64,000 bases of DNA from an uncultured Acidobacteriota bacterium (GCA_963770895.1 CAVYRF010000002.1:4640001-4704000), one strand, 5' to 3'. Positions 38,500 through 47,527 are shown, numbered from the stretch's first letter. The notes: generated from the sequence alone by a model not told the origin. Numbers and translations: made by a program.

Positions 38500-39372
38500 A
38501 TGAAATACGGAGCACGAGTTCTCCTTTTGCAGCTGTTGCTGCTGCTTGGATCCTGTCGGCGGGACGCCCCGGCGGGCGCCGGCCGCCTTGCGCCCACCTG
38601 GCGGGAGGCGGCGACGGGGATGGAGTTTGTGCTGATTCCGGCTGGATCGTTCACCATGGGGAGCCCGGCGGGGGAGCCCGGCCGGCAGGCTGACGAGACG
38701 CCGCACCTGGTGACGATCCGCCGGCCGTTCTACCTGGGCAGGTTCGAGGTGACGCAGGGCGAATGGACCGGGCGGATGGGGCACAACCCTTCTCAGTTTG
38801 CCGGGTGTGGTCCGCGCTGTCCCATCGACACGGTGACCTACGACGACGTGCAGGAGTTCATCCGGCGGTTGAGCGCGGCCAGCCACGGCGGGCGCTTCCG
38901 TCTGCCCAGCGAGGCGGAATGGGAGTACGCCTGCCGCGCCGGCACGCGCACGCCTTTTGCGACCGGTTCGACCCTCACGGCGGCGCAGGCCAACTTCGAC
39001 GGCCGTTACCCGTTGTCGGGCACGCCGCCCGGGCGGAACCTGGGGCGTCCGGCGCCGGTCGGCAGCTATCCGCCGAACCCCTGGGGCCTGTACGACATGC
39101 ACGGCAATCTCTGGGAGTGGACCGAAGACTGGTACGCCGCCTACCCGCCAGGCGCGGCGCGCGACCCGCGGGGTCCCGCCCGCGGCGGCGCGCAGCAGGT
39201 CTGGGACGCGCGCGGCGGCGAGTGGGCCTACAAGCGCGTGATCCGCGGCGGCAGCTGGTACTTCGACGCCAACAGCTGCCGCTGTGCCCTGCGCTACACC
39301 CACGCCCCCAAGGATCGCGGCTGGAGCCTCGGCTTCCGCCTGGCGCGGGACGCGGATCAGGATGCGCGCTGA
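38500..39372 (+). CDS. Formylglycine-generating enzyme (SUMF1/FGE-sulfatase) family lipoprotein
   Basis: Lipobox LGSC, 'FTMGS', 'RLPSEAEWEYACRAG', 'PNPWGLYDMHGNLWEW', 'RGGSW', 'GFRL'. Confidence 0.9.
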   Translation: MKYGARVLLLQLLLLLGSCRRDAPAGAGRLAPTWREAATGMEFVLIPAGSFTMGSPAGEPGRQADETPHLVTIRRPFYLGRFEVTQGEWTGRMGHNPSQFAGCGPRCPIDTVTYDDVQEFIRRLSAASHGGRFRLPSEAEWEYACRAGTRTPFATGSTLTAAQANFDGRYPLSGTPPGRNLGRPAPVGSYPPNPWGLYDMHGNLWEWTEDWYAAYPPGAARDPRGPARGGAQQVWDARGGEWAYKRVIRGGSWYFDANSCRCALRYTHAPKDRGWSLGFRLARDADQDAR

Positions 39373-39765
39373 TGCGGGCCGCGGGTCGCCCGCGCTCGGC
39401 AAGACGCTCCGCCGCGCCTCCCCGGCCCGATCGCGGTCGCGCCGCAGGCGCGCCGCGGTCGGGGCAACCTGCGATTGAGGAGTTGGTTCGCGGGCTGCAG
39501 GGAGGGCTGGCCATTGCCCGAGCGCGCACCGCGGGCTCAGGGTCTGGCGAGTGCGCGGTCGAGAGGGCAAAGATTCTGGTGGGGCAGGCAGACGGATCTG
39601 GCGCTATCGGTCGGAGTGAGAAGCGCACGGGGGCCGTGGTGCGCGCGAGGCAAGAGATTCCAAGGAGATCGGGCGAGCGCCGGCCTGCTCAGTCCGCAGC
39701 CCACGGCATCTCGGGCGGGGGCTCCACCATCTGCTGAACGCGCGCCACGAGCGAACCGAAGGTCT
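38910..39765 (+). repeat. Long direct repeat, copy 1 (3' half of FGE gene plus downstream non-coding DNA)
   Basis: Aligns by eye with 43581-44277 with scattered substitutions. Confidence 0.9.
39383..39469 (+). repeat. GCA-triloop hairpin repeat copy
   Basis: GGGTCGCCC...CCCGATCGCGGTCGCGCCGCAGGCGCGCCGCGGTCGGGGCAACC, 10 nt after the FGE stop. Confidence 0.9.
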
Positions 39766-39789
39766 TCATCTGCAACCTGCTGTCGCCCC

Positions 39790-40035
39790 GCAAGAGCGTC
39801 GGGTGCCGTCCGCCGGCGAGGTGATCGCGACGGTCGGCAGCGGCGCCGGCACCTGGACCTCGACGATCAGCTGCGCGGCCTGCCCGCTGGCGGCCTCGCG
39901 CGACGTGTCGATACGTCCGCTCATCGTCTCGTTGGTCTTCGCGATCAGCCAAGCGTACTCGTTCGCCGTACCCGCGACGAATGTGGCCACGTCCAGGGTG
40001 CCAGCCGCATCGACCGTACCGCGCGCCCTTGCGAA
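39790..40035 (-). pseudogene. Fragment of a DNRLRE-like domain plus the start of an Ig-like repeat
   Basis: 'DVATFVAGTANEYAWLIAKTNE..SGRIDTSREAASGQAAQLIVEV...PTVAITSPADGT'; no plausible start or end. Confidence 0.55.
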
Positions 40036-40099
40036 AAGCGTGTCTTAGGGATCATCGTACACCCCGGCGGCCTCCGATCGCGATGATCTGCCCTTGCGC

Positions 40100-41113
40100 T
40101 CAGCGAACCGCGCCCCGCGATTCCTTGGGCGAACTGTTCAGGATTACGTCAACGGTGAGCGGTTTAAGGATATTGTCGTACAACACAAAGACGCCTTCAT
40201 GGCCCGCGCCAAGGGCCGTCACAAGACCGTCAGGGCTCACTCGGAGCATGTCGCTTGTCGTTGAGTATTTTGTCCCGCAGCTCGCTGAGGTGAGATTCTG
40301 CCGCACCCCGTTCCATAACGTGCCTGAGACAGCAATCTGCACCGTCTCGCCCTTCTGGCGGAGCATCGCTTTGGGAGAAGAGACATCCAACGATTCGAGG
40401 AGATTTGCGGCGGTCGCCCGTAGTACAACGGGCCCTTGACCCTCATAGGTTGACGCGAAGAACACCGCGGACGTCCTCTGGCCAAGGAGCTGAGTGAAAA
40501 GCTCTATGACTTCTGCCGGCCCAGAGAACGTGACCGGATCCGCGAAGACGAAGGCCTCTGGGTTGCCCCTGAGGGAAGGGATCTGCAGTTGAGCCAGGGA
40601 TGGAACCAGCTTTCGCAGTCTCAACACCAAATCACACGTTGCACTGAACCGCGGCTCGCCCGGCTGATCAAGATGCTCGATTCGCGTCCGCCATTTGGGA
40701 TCGCTTGAAAATAGAACGAGATGTGGTCCGATGAAACCGTAGCGATAGCCGGGCGCGAGCGTGACAATCCGGTCCAGTAGTTGCTGCAGGGTGCACTGGG
40801 GCTGAACCAGAGTCAATCTTGCGTCGGGAGCGGCCTCAATGAACGAAATGGGCACGCCGTACTTCTCCACCAGTATCTTGGCGACGTCCCTGATCGCGAC
40901 ATTCGCGAGAGTGATGGGCCCCAGCTGACGCTGAAGCAGTCGCTGCCCGCTGAGCTCCGGCCATAAGCATCCCGGAGCGCCCAACTGTGGCGGTTCCTCA
41001 GCAACCGCTTGCGCAGGAGCGCTAGCGACGGCCACAAGCATTGAAAGGGCCAATGCGGCAGTCGTGCGTTTTATGATGATATGAAACAAAAACCCTGACA
41101 TGACTGATTCCAT
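40100..41113 (-). CDS. Exported protein with STN-like N-terminal domain(s) and a C-terminal Big_2-like Ig domain
   Basis: GAGG RBS 14 nt after the upstream stop, signal peptide, 'ITLANVAIRDVAKIL...TLQQLLDRIV....YRY', 'VSPDGLVTALGAG'; lower GC. Confidence 0.65.
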   Translation of the reverse strand: MESVMSGFLFHIIIKRTTAALALSMLVAVASAPAQAVAEEPPQLGAPGCLWPELSGQRLLQRQLGPITLANVAIRDVAKILVEKYGVPISFIEAAPDARLTLVQPQCTLQQLLDRIVTLAPGYRYGFIGPHLVLFSSDPKWRTRIEHLDQPGEPRFSATCDLVLRLRKLVPSLAQLQIPSLRGNPEAFVFADPVTFSGPAEVIELFTQLLGQRTSAVFFASTYEGQGPVVLRATAANLLESLDVSSPKAMLRQKGETVQIAVSGTLWNGVRQNLTSASCGTKYSTTSDMLRVSPDGLVTALGAGHEGVFVLYDNILKPLTVDVILNSSPKESRGAVR

Positions 41114-41127
41114 CTTGCCTCTCATGG

Positions 41128-43410
41128 CTATTGCGATGTGGTGATGCTCACTGTGCAGCCGCTTGCCGACGATGTTATGGCAGTCGTGATCGTTCGTGTT
41201 AACACGATCACGCCATTGAGCGTGTATACCTGCCGTTCGGTTTCCGAGCACTGATATGGCGGAGCTGGCGCGCACTCTCCCAGGACATCCACGCAGGGGA
41301 GGTTAGGGTTCGTTGCGCTGACCAGCTGGTTTCCGGGTCCTACTTTACAGCCCGGTCCCAGCTGGGAGTCTGTAGGGCAATAGTTGCTATCGGTGGTTGA
41401 AACAGGAGTTACACTCTCGATAAGTACGCTACCGCTGAGATTTACTCCGGTACATGGTGACTGCAGAGTGAGCGGTCCGATCGTCTGCTTGTATACTGCG
41501 AAGCACGGAGTCAAGGCCGCATTTTGGCAAAGGGCTTGATTTGGAAGGGCGCTGCGGCTATGGGGCACCAAAGGGCCGACTGGAATTGCTAGTAGTTTCT
41601 GCGCCCATAAGTTGGGAACCATCTGACTTGGAGAGAGGCAGAAATCTGCGCCATTGCACAGCCCCGCCGGAGTCTTCGTACAGGGAGTACAGATCTGGCT
41701 CGGCTGGCATTGACTCCCTGTGCAGACAGTGCACTCTGGGCAGGAGTTGGGCGCGCCTGTGCCCTGTGGGAACCCGCAGCAGTGCCAGCCGGCCTTGACG
41801 ATGCCGACGCCGGGGTTGGAGGTGATGGTGGTGGCATCGTCGCTGACGGTGCCGGGGCCGATGCTGACGAAGTGGCCGAGGTCGTGGTCGAAGGAGTAGA
41901 GCTCGGCGACCTTGCCGGCGGGGAAGCCTTCAACGTTGGGCATGGTGAGGGCGGCCGGGGGATTGAACTGCGCTCCGGCCGGTTGGATGGTGACGATGAG
42001 GCGCGGCTGCTGGCCGAAGTTGGGGACCATGGGCACTTTGTCGCTGTGGACGACGGTGACGCTGACGGTGCCGCTGTGGCCTCCGCCAGGGAAGATGACC
42101 GATCCCGGCTGGATGCTGAGGGCAAAACCGGGCAGTTGGGGAAGCGTGAGCGTCCCGCCGTGGGTCTCGTCCACGGCGACACCGTTCTGGAGATCGAGGG
42201 GCAGCAGATAGACCGGCATGCGCAGGGCATTGTTGCGGCCTGGGACAGGGGTCAGGTTGAATTCGAGCTGCGGCCAGGAGCCCGGGGTCTGGACGGTGCT
42301 GCCGTCCACGATGAGCTGGAGGGTGCCGGCGGGTAAGGCTGAAAGCTGAAAAAGGCCCTGGCTGTCGCTCACGGTGGTGAGGGCCGTTCCGGTGATGCGG
42401 AGAGTGGCTCCCGGCACGGGTTGGTTGCTGTTGTCGAGCACGACGCCGCTGATCGCGGTGAGGCTGGGATCGTAGGCGGCGAGGGCCGAGGCGGTGAAGC
42501 TCGCGACGGGGCTGTTGGGCAGGGTGTCGATGGTCGCTTCGACAACGTTGTTGGCGATGCCCTCCGCCGGGTCGGTCGTGAAGGAGGCGATCAGGCGGCC
42601 GTCGCTGTCGGAGGTGAGCGATAGGGTCTGCTGGCCGTTGGCGAAGGTGCCGACGCCCTTGACGACCTTGAAGGTGACCGCTGCGCCCGCAAGGCGGTTG
42701 CTGCCGGCGTCGACCACGACGGCCACCAGGGGCAGCGGCAGGGCTTGGCCGGCGACGCCCTGCTGCTGGTCGCCCGAATCGGCCACGAGGAGCGCCGGGG
42801 CGCCCGGCTGGGCGCTGGCCAGAAACTGCGCCGGGCCAGTGAAACCGGGGGCCGCGGCCTTGACCAGTTGATTGCCGGCGCCGGCGTGGCTGCCTACGGT
42901 GAAGTGCACGGTGGCGTGGCCGGAGACGTCGCTCAGGACGGCGTAGGCGCGCCGGCCGTTGTCGAAGGTGCCGTCGGTGCCGAGCGCCTGGAAGAGGACC
43001 CGCTGGCCCACGACGGGCTGCCCGGAAGCGTCGAGGACTATGGCCGCCAGCGGCTGCGGCAGCGGCGTCTGGATGGGCGCGCTCTGGCCGTCGCCAGACA
43101 CGACCACGATGCGCGGTCCGGCCGGGGTCAGCTGGCGCACGGTCACCGTCGCCTGTGCCTGGTTGCCGGCGGCATCGACCGCCACGGCCGTGAGGACGTT
43201 GCTGCCCGGCTGGAGCGGTACGTTCGGCACAGTGAAGGACCGGTTGGCGACGGTCGCGGGGATGCCATTCACGGTCACGGTCGCGTTGCTCGTGTTGACG
43301 GTGCCGGCCACGATGTCATTGACGAGACCCGAGACGGTGACCGACGAAGCGGCGATCGTGGCGCCTGCGCTGGGAGTGTAGATCGCCACGTGCGGCGCAT
43401 CCGAGATGCC
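41128..43410 (-). pseudogene. 5'-truncated large Ig-like/invasin-repeat protein with carboxypeptidase-regulatory-like domain and Cys-rich low-GC C-terminal tip
   Basis: Begins inside an Ig repeat ('DAPHVAIYTP') with no signal peptide. 'VVSGDGQS', 'ISGVVLDNSNQPVPGAT', junction 'KAGWHCCG', then a 214-aa tip with 17 Cys. Confidence 0.75.
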
Positions 43411-43580
43411 GAGCGGCCAAGCCGGCACTCGGGCACGCACCTGAATTAGGAACCCGCCATACGGCCTGCCGGTATACGCGTATTATCGTCAACACGTCTC
43501 GTGGCGGGCCTCAGCCTGCGTGCGAAATCGACGGCGAGCCAGGCAGCGTGTGTTCCAGCGCGAGGGCCAGGAAGGCCTCT

Positions 43581-43887
43581 CGAGGCGGAAGGGGAATACG
43601 GCTGCCGCGCCTACACGCGCACGCCTTTTGCGGCCGGCTCGACCCTCACCGCGGCGCAGGCCAACTTCGACGGCCGCTATCCGCTGGCGGGCACGCCGCC
43701 CGGGCGGAACCTGGGGCGTCCGGCGCCGGTCGGCAGCTACCCGCCGAACCCCTGGGGCCTGTACGACATGCACGGCAATCTCTGGGAGTGGACCGAAGAC
43801 TGGTACGCCGCCTACCCACCAGGCCCGGCGAGCGACCCGCGAGGGTCCGCCCGCGGCGGGGCGCAGGAGGTCTGGGACGCGCGCTGA
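43581..43887 (+). pseudogene. Partial FGE-family gene copy
   Basis: 'EAEGEYGCRA...NPWGLYDMHGNLWEW'; lacks the N-terminus and the RGGSW...GFR segment. Confidence 0.85.
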
Positions 43888-43897
43888 TGCGGGCCTC

Positions 43898-43983
43898 GGG
43901 TCGCTTGCGCTCGGCAAGACGCTCCGCTGCGCCCCCCGGCCCGATCGCGGTCGCGCCGCAGGCGCGCCGCGGTCGGGGCAACC
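43898..43983 (+). repeat. GCA-triloop hairpin repeat copy
   Basis: Same core hairpin as 39383-39469; part of the long duplication. Confidence 0.9.
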
Positions 43984-44489
43984 TGCGATTGAGGATGTGG
44001 TTCGCGGGCTGCAGGGAGGGCTGGCTATTGCCCGAGCGCGCACTGCGGGCTCAGGGTCTGGCGAGTGCGCGGTCGAGAGGGCAAAGATCCTGGTGGGGGA
44101 GGCGGACGGATTCGGCGCTATTGGCCGGAGTGAGAAGCGCACAAGGGCCGCGGTGCGCGCGAGGCAAAAGATTCCAAGGAGATCGGGCGAGCGCCGGGCC
44201 TGCTCAGTCCGCAGCCCACGGCATCGGGCGGCGCTCTACCATCTGCTGAACGCGCGCCACGAGCGCATCGAAGGTCTGACCTTTCGGTCTGATTATAGGG
44301 CCAGGGAGATGGCGGTGGGCCGCCAGACCGCAATCAGGCCTGGCGGCCGAGCACGAGGTATGTCACGTTGTGGCAGCCGATTGCGCATCCCCAGGTGGCA
44401 GCGTTCGGCGGGCCGCCATGGCCCGGCCGGCCCGCCGCAGCCTTCCGCTGGGTGCCGGCGGAGATCCGACGACCTTCAAGGAGCTCACG

Positions 44490-44993
44490 ATGCGAGCGCC
44501 CCTGCGGTCCATTGCCTCATTGCTTCTGCTGCCGATGCTGCCGTGCGTTGCCGCGTGCGGGCACAGCTTCCCGAGCGCGCCCAAGGGCGCCGACACCGTG
44601 ATGGTGAAGGCTGCGATGAGCAACGCTCAGGGGGCCAGCACCATCATCGAGGCCGCGATGAACGTCGACAACTTCACCGTCGCCGACTCCTGTCCGCCCC
44701 AGGACGAGGAGCAGGACTTCGACAACGACGGCATCCCCGATGGCGAAACTTGCGACGCGCCGCCAAGCTCCGCGGTGACGCTTGCGGGCAGCGCCTCGGT
44801 CAACCCCGGCAACCACCACATCACCTTCGGCGTCCCCACCACCACTACGACGCGGCCCGTCCCCTACACGATCTCCGGCTTCACCCTCTCCATCTACGAC
44901 CAGAGCGGCAAGCTCATCAAGGCGATGAGCTTCCCCGACCAGACCACGGTCCTGAACCTGGGCAACGCCATCAGCTACTCCTTCAGCTTCTAA
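44490..44993 (+). CDS. Lipoprotein with an acidic DxDxDG Ca-binding-like loop
   Basis: AAGGAG RBS, lipobox VAAC, 'CPPQDEEQDFDNDGIPDGETC'. Confidence 0.75.
   Translation: MRAPLRSIASLLLLPMLPCVAACGHSFPSAPKGADTVMVKAAMSNAQGASTIIEAAMNVDNFTVADSCPPQDEEQDFDNDGIPDGETCDAPPSSAVTLAGSASVNPGNHHITFGVPTTTTTRPVPYTISGFTLSIYDQSGKLIKAMSFPDQTTVLNLGNAISYSFSF
44957..44990 (+). repeat. 34-bp imperfect direct repeat, copy 1 (3' end of the lipoprotein gene)
   Basis: 30/34 identical to 46438-46471. Confidence 0.75.
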
Positions 44994-45112
44994 CCCCGGT
45001 TGGATAGCTACCGCGGTCGAGTTCGGCAGGGATCTCCCCCCCGGTCTCGTCTTGTTCAGATCATCAGGATGGTGCATACTTTCTACAATCGGTCTTCACA
45101 AGGAGATGCGCC

Positions 45113-46207
45113 ATGCTTCGTACGATGACGGCGTGCAATCTCGTCTTGCTGTCTGGATGGTTGACTGTGAGCGGCGGTGTGGGATCTCTTCACGCCTCGT
45201 CGCCGCGAGTCCAAACCGAGCCCGCGAACGGATCGGGGCTTGCCAATGTGGCCATTGAGGGGTCGAAGGGAGCCTCTGGCCCGTCGGTCGCCTTCGACGG
45301 TGCCCACATCTGGGTCGCCAATCCATTCGTTGGCAAGACGGTGACCGAGATCAACGCCAGCGATGGCAGCTTCGTGCGGAATCTGTCGGGCAGGCCCTAC
45401 GACTTTTACGAGCCCGTCGGTCTCGCCTTCGACGGTGCCCACGTCTGGGTAGCCAATGCCGGGTACAACTCGGTGACCGAGATCAACGCCAGCGACGGCA
45501 GCTTTGTGCGGAATCTCTCGGGGGCGCCCTATGACTTCTCCCTTCCCTATGCTCTCGCCTTCGACGGTGCCCACATCTGGGTCACCAATCGATCGAACAA
45601 GACGCTGACCGAGATCAACGCCAGCGATGGCAGCTTCGTGCGGAATCTCTCAGGCGGTCCCTACAACTTCTTCGGCCCCATGGCCCTGGCCTTCGACGGC
45701 GCCCACATCTGGGTCGCCAATTCTGCGAGCAGCACGGTGACCGAGATCAACGCCGGCGATGGCAGCTTCGTGCGGAATCTCTCAGGCGAGCCCTACAACT
45801 TCTTCGGCCCCACTGCCCTCGCCTTCGACGGTTCCCACATCTGGGTCGCCAATTCTATGAACAGCACGGTGACCGAGATCAACGCCAGCGATGGCAGCTT
45901 CGTGCGAAATCTGTCAGGCGGATCCTACAACTTCTCCGGCCTCATGACTCTCGCCTTCGACGGTGCCCGCGTCTGGGTCGCCAATTCTGTGAACAACACG
46001 GTGACCGAGATCAACGCCAGCGATGGCAGCTTTGTGCGGAATCTCTCAGGCAGTTCCTACAAGTTCTACGGCCCCCTTGGTCTCGCCTTCGGCGGCGGTC
46101 ACATCTGGGTCGCCAATTACAATGAAACGGTGACCGAGATCAATGCCAGCGATGGCGCTCCGGTGAAAAACTACCCCGTGGGGACCTCTCCTCCAGCGGC
46201 GCGGTGA
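45113..46207 (+). CDS. Exported 7-bladed beta-propeller (YncE/NHL-like) built from near-identical 44-aa repeats
   Basis: AAGGAG RBS; repeat starts at 45290, 45425, 45557, 45689, 45821, 45953 and 46085 ('LAFDGAHIWVAN....VTEINASDGSFVRNLSG'). Confidence 0.88.
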   Translation: MLRTMTACNLVLLSGWLTVSGGVGSLHASSPRVQTEPANGSGLANVAIEGSKGASGPSVAFDGAHIWVANPFVGKTVTEINASDGSFVRNLSGRPYDFYEPVGLAFDGAHVWVANAGYNSVTEINASDGSFVRNLSGAPYDFSLPYALAFDGAHIWVTNRSNKTLTEINASDGSFVRNLSGGPYNFFGPMALAFDGAHIWVANSASSTVTEINAGDGSFVRNLSGEPYNFFGPTALAFDGSHIWVANSMNSTVTEINASDGSFVRNLSGGSYNFSGLMTLAFDGARVWVANSVNNTVTEINASDGSFVRNLSGSSYKFYGPLGLAFGGGHIWVANYNETVTEINASDGAPVKNYPVGTSPPAAR

Positions 46208-46209
46208 TA

Positions 46210-46297
46210 GACGACAACTGCCACGCGGCGAGCGCGATCGCGGAGCGCAACCTGAGCGGCGCCGCCTCGACGGAAGACCTGCGCGGCGCGATGGTCC
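46210..46297 (+). pseudogene. Short gene fragment cut at the hairpin repeat
   Basis: Translates 'DNCHAASAIAERNLSGAASTEDLRGAMV'. From memory this resembles the 'YRAAH.IA.R....ASTEDLR.AMVHYR' tail of a conserved hypothetical family. Confidence 0.45.
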
Positions 46298-46385
46298 GGG
46301 TCGCCCGCGCTCGGCAAGACGCTCCGCCGCGCCCCCCGGCCCGATCGCGGTCGCGCCGCAGGCCGCGCCGCGGTCGGGGCAACCC
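46298..46385 (+). repeat. GCA-triloop hairpin repeat copy
   Basis: GGGTCGCCC...GGGCAACCC with the core hairpin (one extra C); flanks unrelated to the other copies. Confidence 0.9.
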
Positions 46386-46437
46386 GATGGCACTGTGCAA
46401 CGCTTCAGCACGACGATCGCGTCGAACCAGCAGGGAT

Positions 46438-46471
46438 CCTGGGCGCCGCGATCAGCTACTCCTTCGGCTTC
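46438..46471 (+). repeat. 34-bp imperfect direct repeat, copy 2
   Basis: CCTGGGCGCCGCGATCAGCTACTCCTTCGGCTTC vs CCTGGGCAACGCCATCAGCTACTCCTTCAGCTTC. Confidence 0.75.
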
Positions 46472-46545
46472 CAGCTTGCTTGACGGCAGGGATACGTCGG
46501 CAATGGCGAGCTGCTCATGCTGGAGCATCTCAGGTACTGGGCTCG

Positions 46546-46755
46546 TTATGGATTACGCCACTTGTCGGGTTTACCCTTGGACGTGTGTCGAACTCGCTCC
46601 ACATGGATCGCGGCACCAGGCTCAAGCTGCCGCGCGCTCTCAATGGCTTCGGCTTGCGTATCCTTTACGGTGCTGGCTCTTTCTGAATTGGGCCGCCGCA
46701 CAGCGTAGTCACCTTGAGGCCGACGTTCAACGTACAACTCCTTCTTTTCCGCCAT
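46546..46755 (-). CDS. DUF2188-like small protein
   Basis: GGAG RBS; 'YAVRRPNSERAS..DTQAEAIESAR'. Confidence 0.75.
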   Translation of the reverse strand: MAEKKELYVERRPQGDYAVRRPNSERASTVKDTQAEAIESARQLEPGAAIHVERVRHTSKGKPDKWRNP

Positions 46756-46772
46756 AGGCACTCCCTGCTGCC

Positions 46773-47168
46773 TTAGCAATTCGCTCGTGGTTGGATGGTA
46801 CGATACTTCGCTGCGAACTCGGCATCCGTCAAGTCGCGCCGCGGGTTGAATTTACGCTTTGGCCAGCTGGTTGAAATACGTTGCCCGTCAGACTTCGTTC
46901 GAAGACTCTTCTTGAGGACCGCGACGAGTCGGTTGAGTGTTGTCGAGACATCGGGATAGAGCTCGTCTGAGCCCTCACCGTACATGGTCTCAGGGGACGA
47001 AGAGACGCCAAAGCCTCTTCCGGGACGCCATTCGACTGTCGCGCGAAGATCCCGCAGCGTGAGGTCGAGCCAGCTGCTTGCCTCGGGAACAGCGGCAAGG
47101 TCCAGCCTTGCCTGGACGCCCGGGAACTCCTTGCGGACGCGAGACTCAAGCTGTTTGAGGAGATTCAT
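46773..47168 (-). CDS. Putative antitoxin/immunity protein
   Basis: ATGA overlap with the upstream gene; 'VEWRPGRGFGVS.....YGEGSDELY'; lower GC. Confidence 0.55.
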   Translation of the reverse strand: MNLLKQLESRVRKEFPGVQARLDLAAVPEASSWLDLTLRDLRATVEWRPGRGFGVSSSPETMYGEGSDELYPDVSTTLNRLVAVLKKSLRTKSDGQRISTSWPKRKFNPRRDLTDAEFAAKYRTIQPRANC

Positions 47169-47527
47169 AGTTCGACTCCCTGGCCGTCGGCGCCGGGCTT
47201 GGCGAATTCGACGTCGTCATCCAAGGTGCGGATCTCGACTGCTCCATTGGAGCGAATAAAAGTGTTGTGCCCTCGGCTGCGGTAGCGTGTGACGTCGGGT
47301 CTGCCAGGGACGGTTCGGAGGCTATCGGACTGGGGCGGATAGAGACGGCCATCGTTCTGCCATGCCTCAGGGTTAAAGGGCACGCCGCTCAGCTGATCTT
47401 CGACCTGCTTCATGGTCTGGGCGATAAGGTCGAGAGCGCCGGTACCTGAGGCCGCGGGTGCCGCCAGTGCAAGGCGGCGGTAGATCTCGGTGAGACGCTC
47501 ACGTCTGGTGGCGGCTGCAATAGGCAA
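47165..47527 (-). CDS. Putative stand-alone toxin domain ('DGRxYPP...RSRGHNT' family); start codon uncertain
   Basis: 'VEDQLSGVP.....DGRLYPPQ.D...YRSRGHNTFI..NGAVEI'. GGAGG at 47529-47533 is followed by TTG (47527) and ATT (47521) but no ATG. Confidence 0.55.
   Translation of the reverse strand: MPIAAATRRERLTEIYRRLALAAPAASGTGALDLIAQTMKQVEDQLSGVPFNPEAWQNDGRLYPPQSDSLRTVPGRPDVTRYRSRGHNTFIRSNGAVEIRTLDDDVEFAKPGADGQGVEL

Larger units (their letters stand above)
43581..44277 (+). repeat. Long direct repeat, copy 2 (with 156-bp internal deletion)
   Basis: Matches 38910-39765; deletion between GGACGCGCGC and GGATGCGCGC microhomologies. Confidence 0.9.

Noticed and set aside
39470-39765. Conserved ncRNA or small gene in the duplicated non-coding block
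   Set aside because: Similarity is explained by the duplication itself; indels between copies break the frames and I see no clear covarying structure.
38910-43887. Diversity-generating retroelement (FGE/CLec target plus template repeat)
   Set aside because: Differences between the copies are not adenine-specific, the second copy lacks the RGGSW-GFR region that would be the variable region, and no reverse transcriptase is in the window.
45290-46180. CRISPR-like array
   Set aside because: Units are 132 bp, in frame and protein-coding; there are no unique spacers or cas genes.
44985-46480. Integron cassette array with attC sites
   Set aside because: No convincing RYYYAAC...GTTRRRY pairs at gene ends and no IntI gene; the hairpin repeat lacks attC core boxes.
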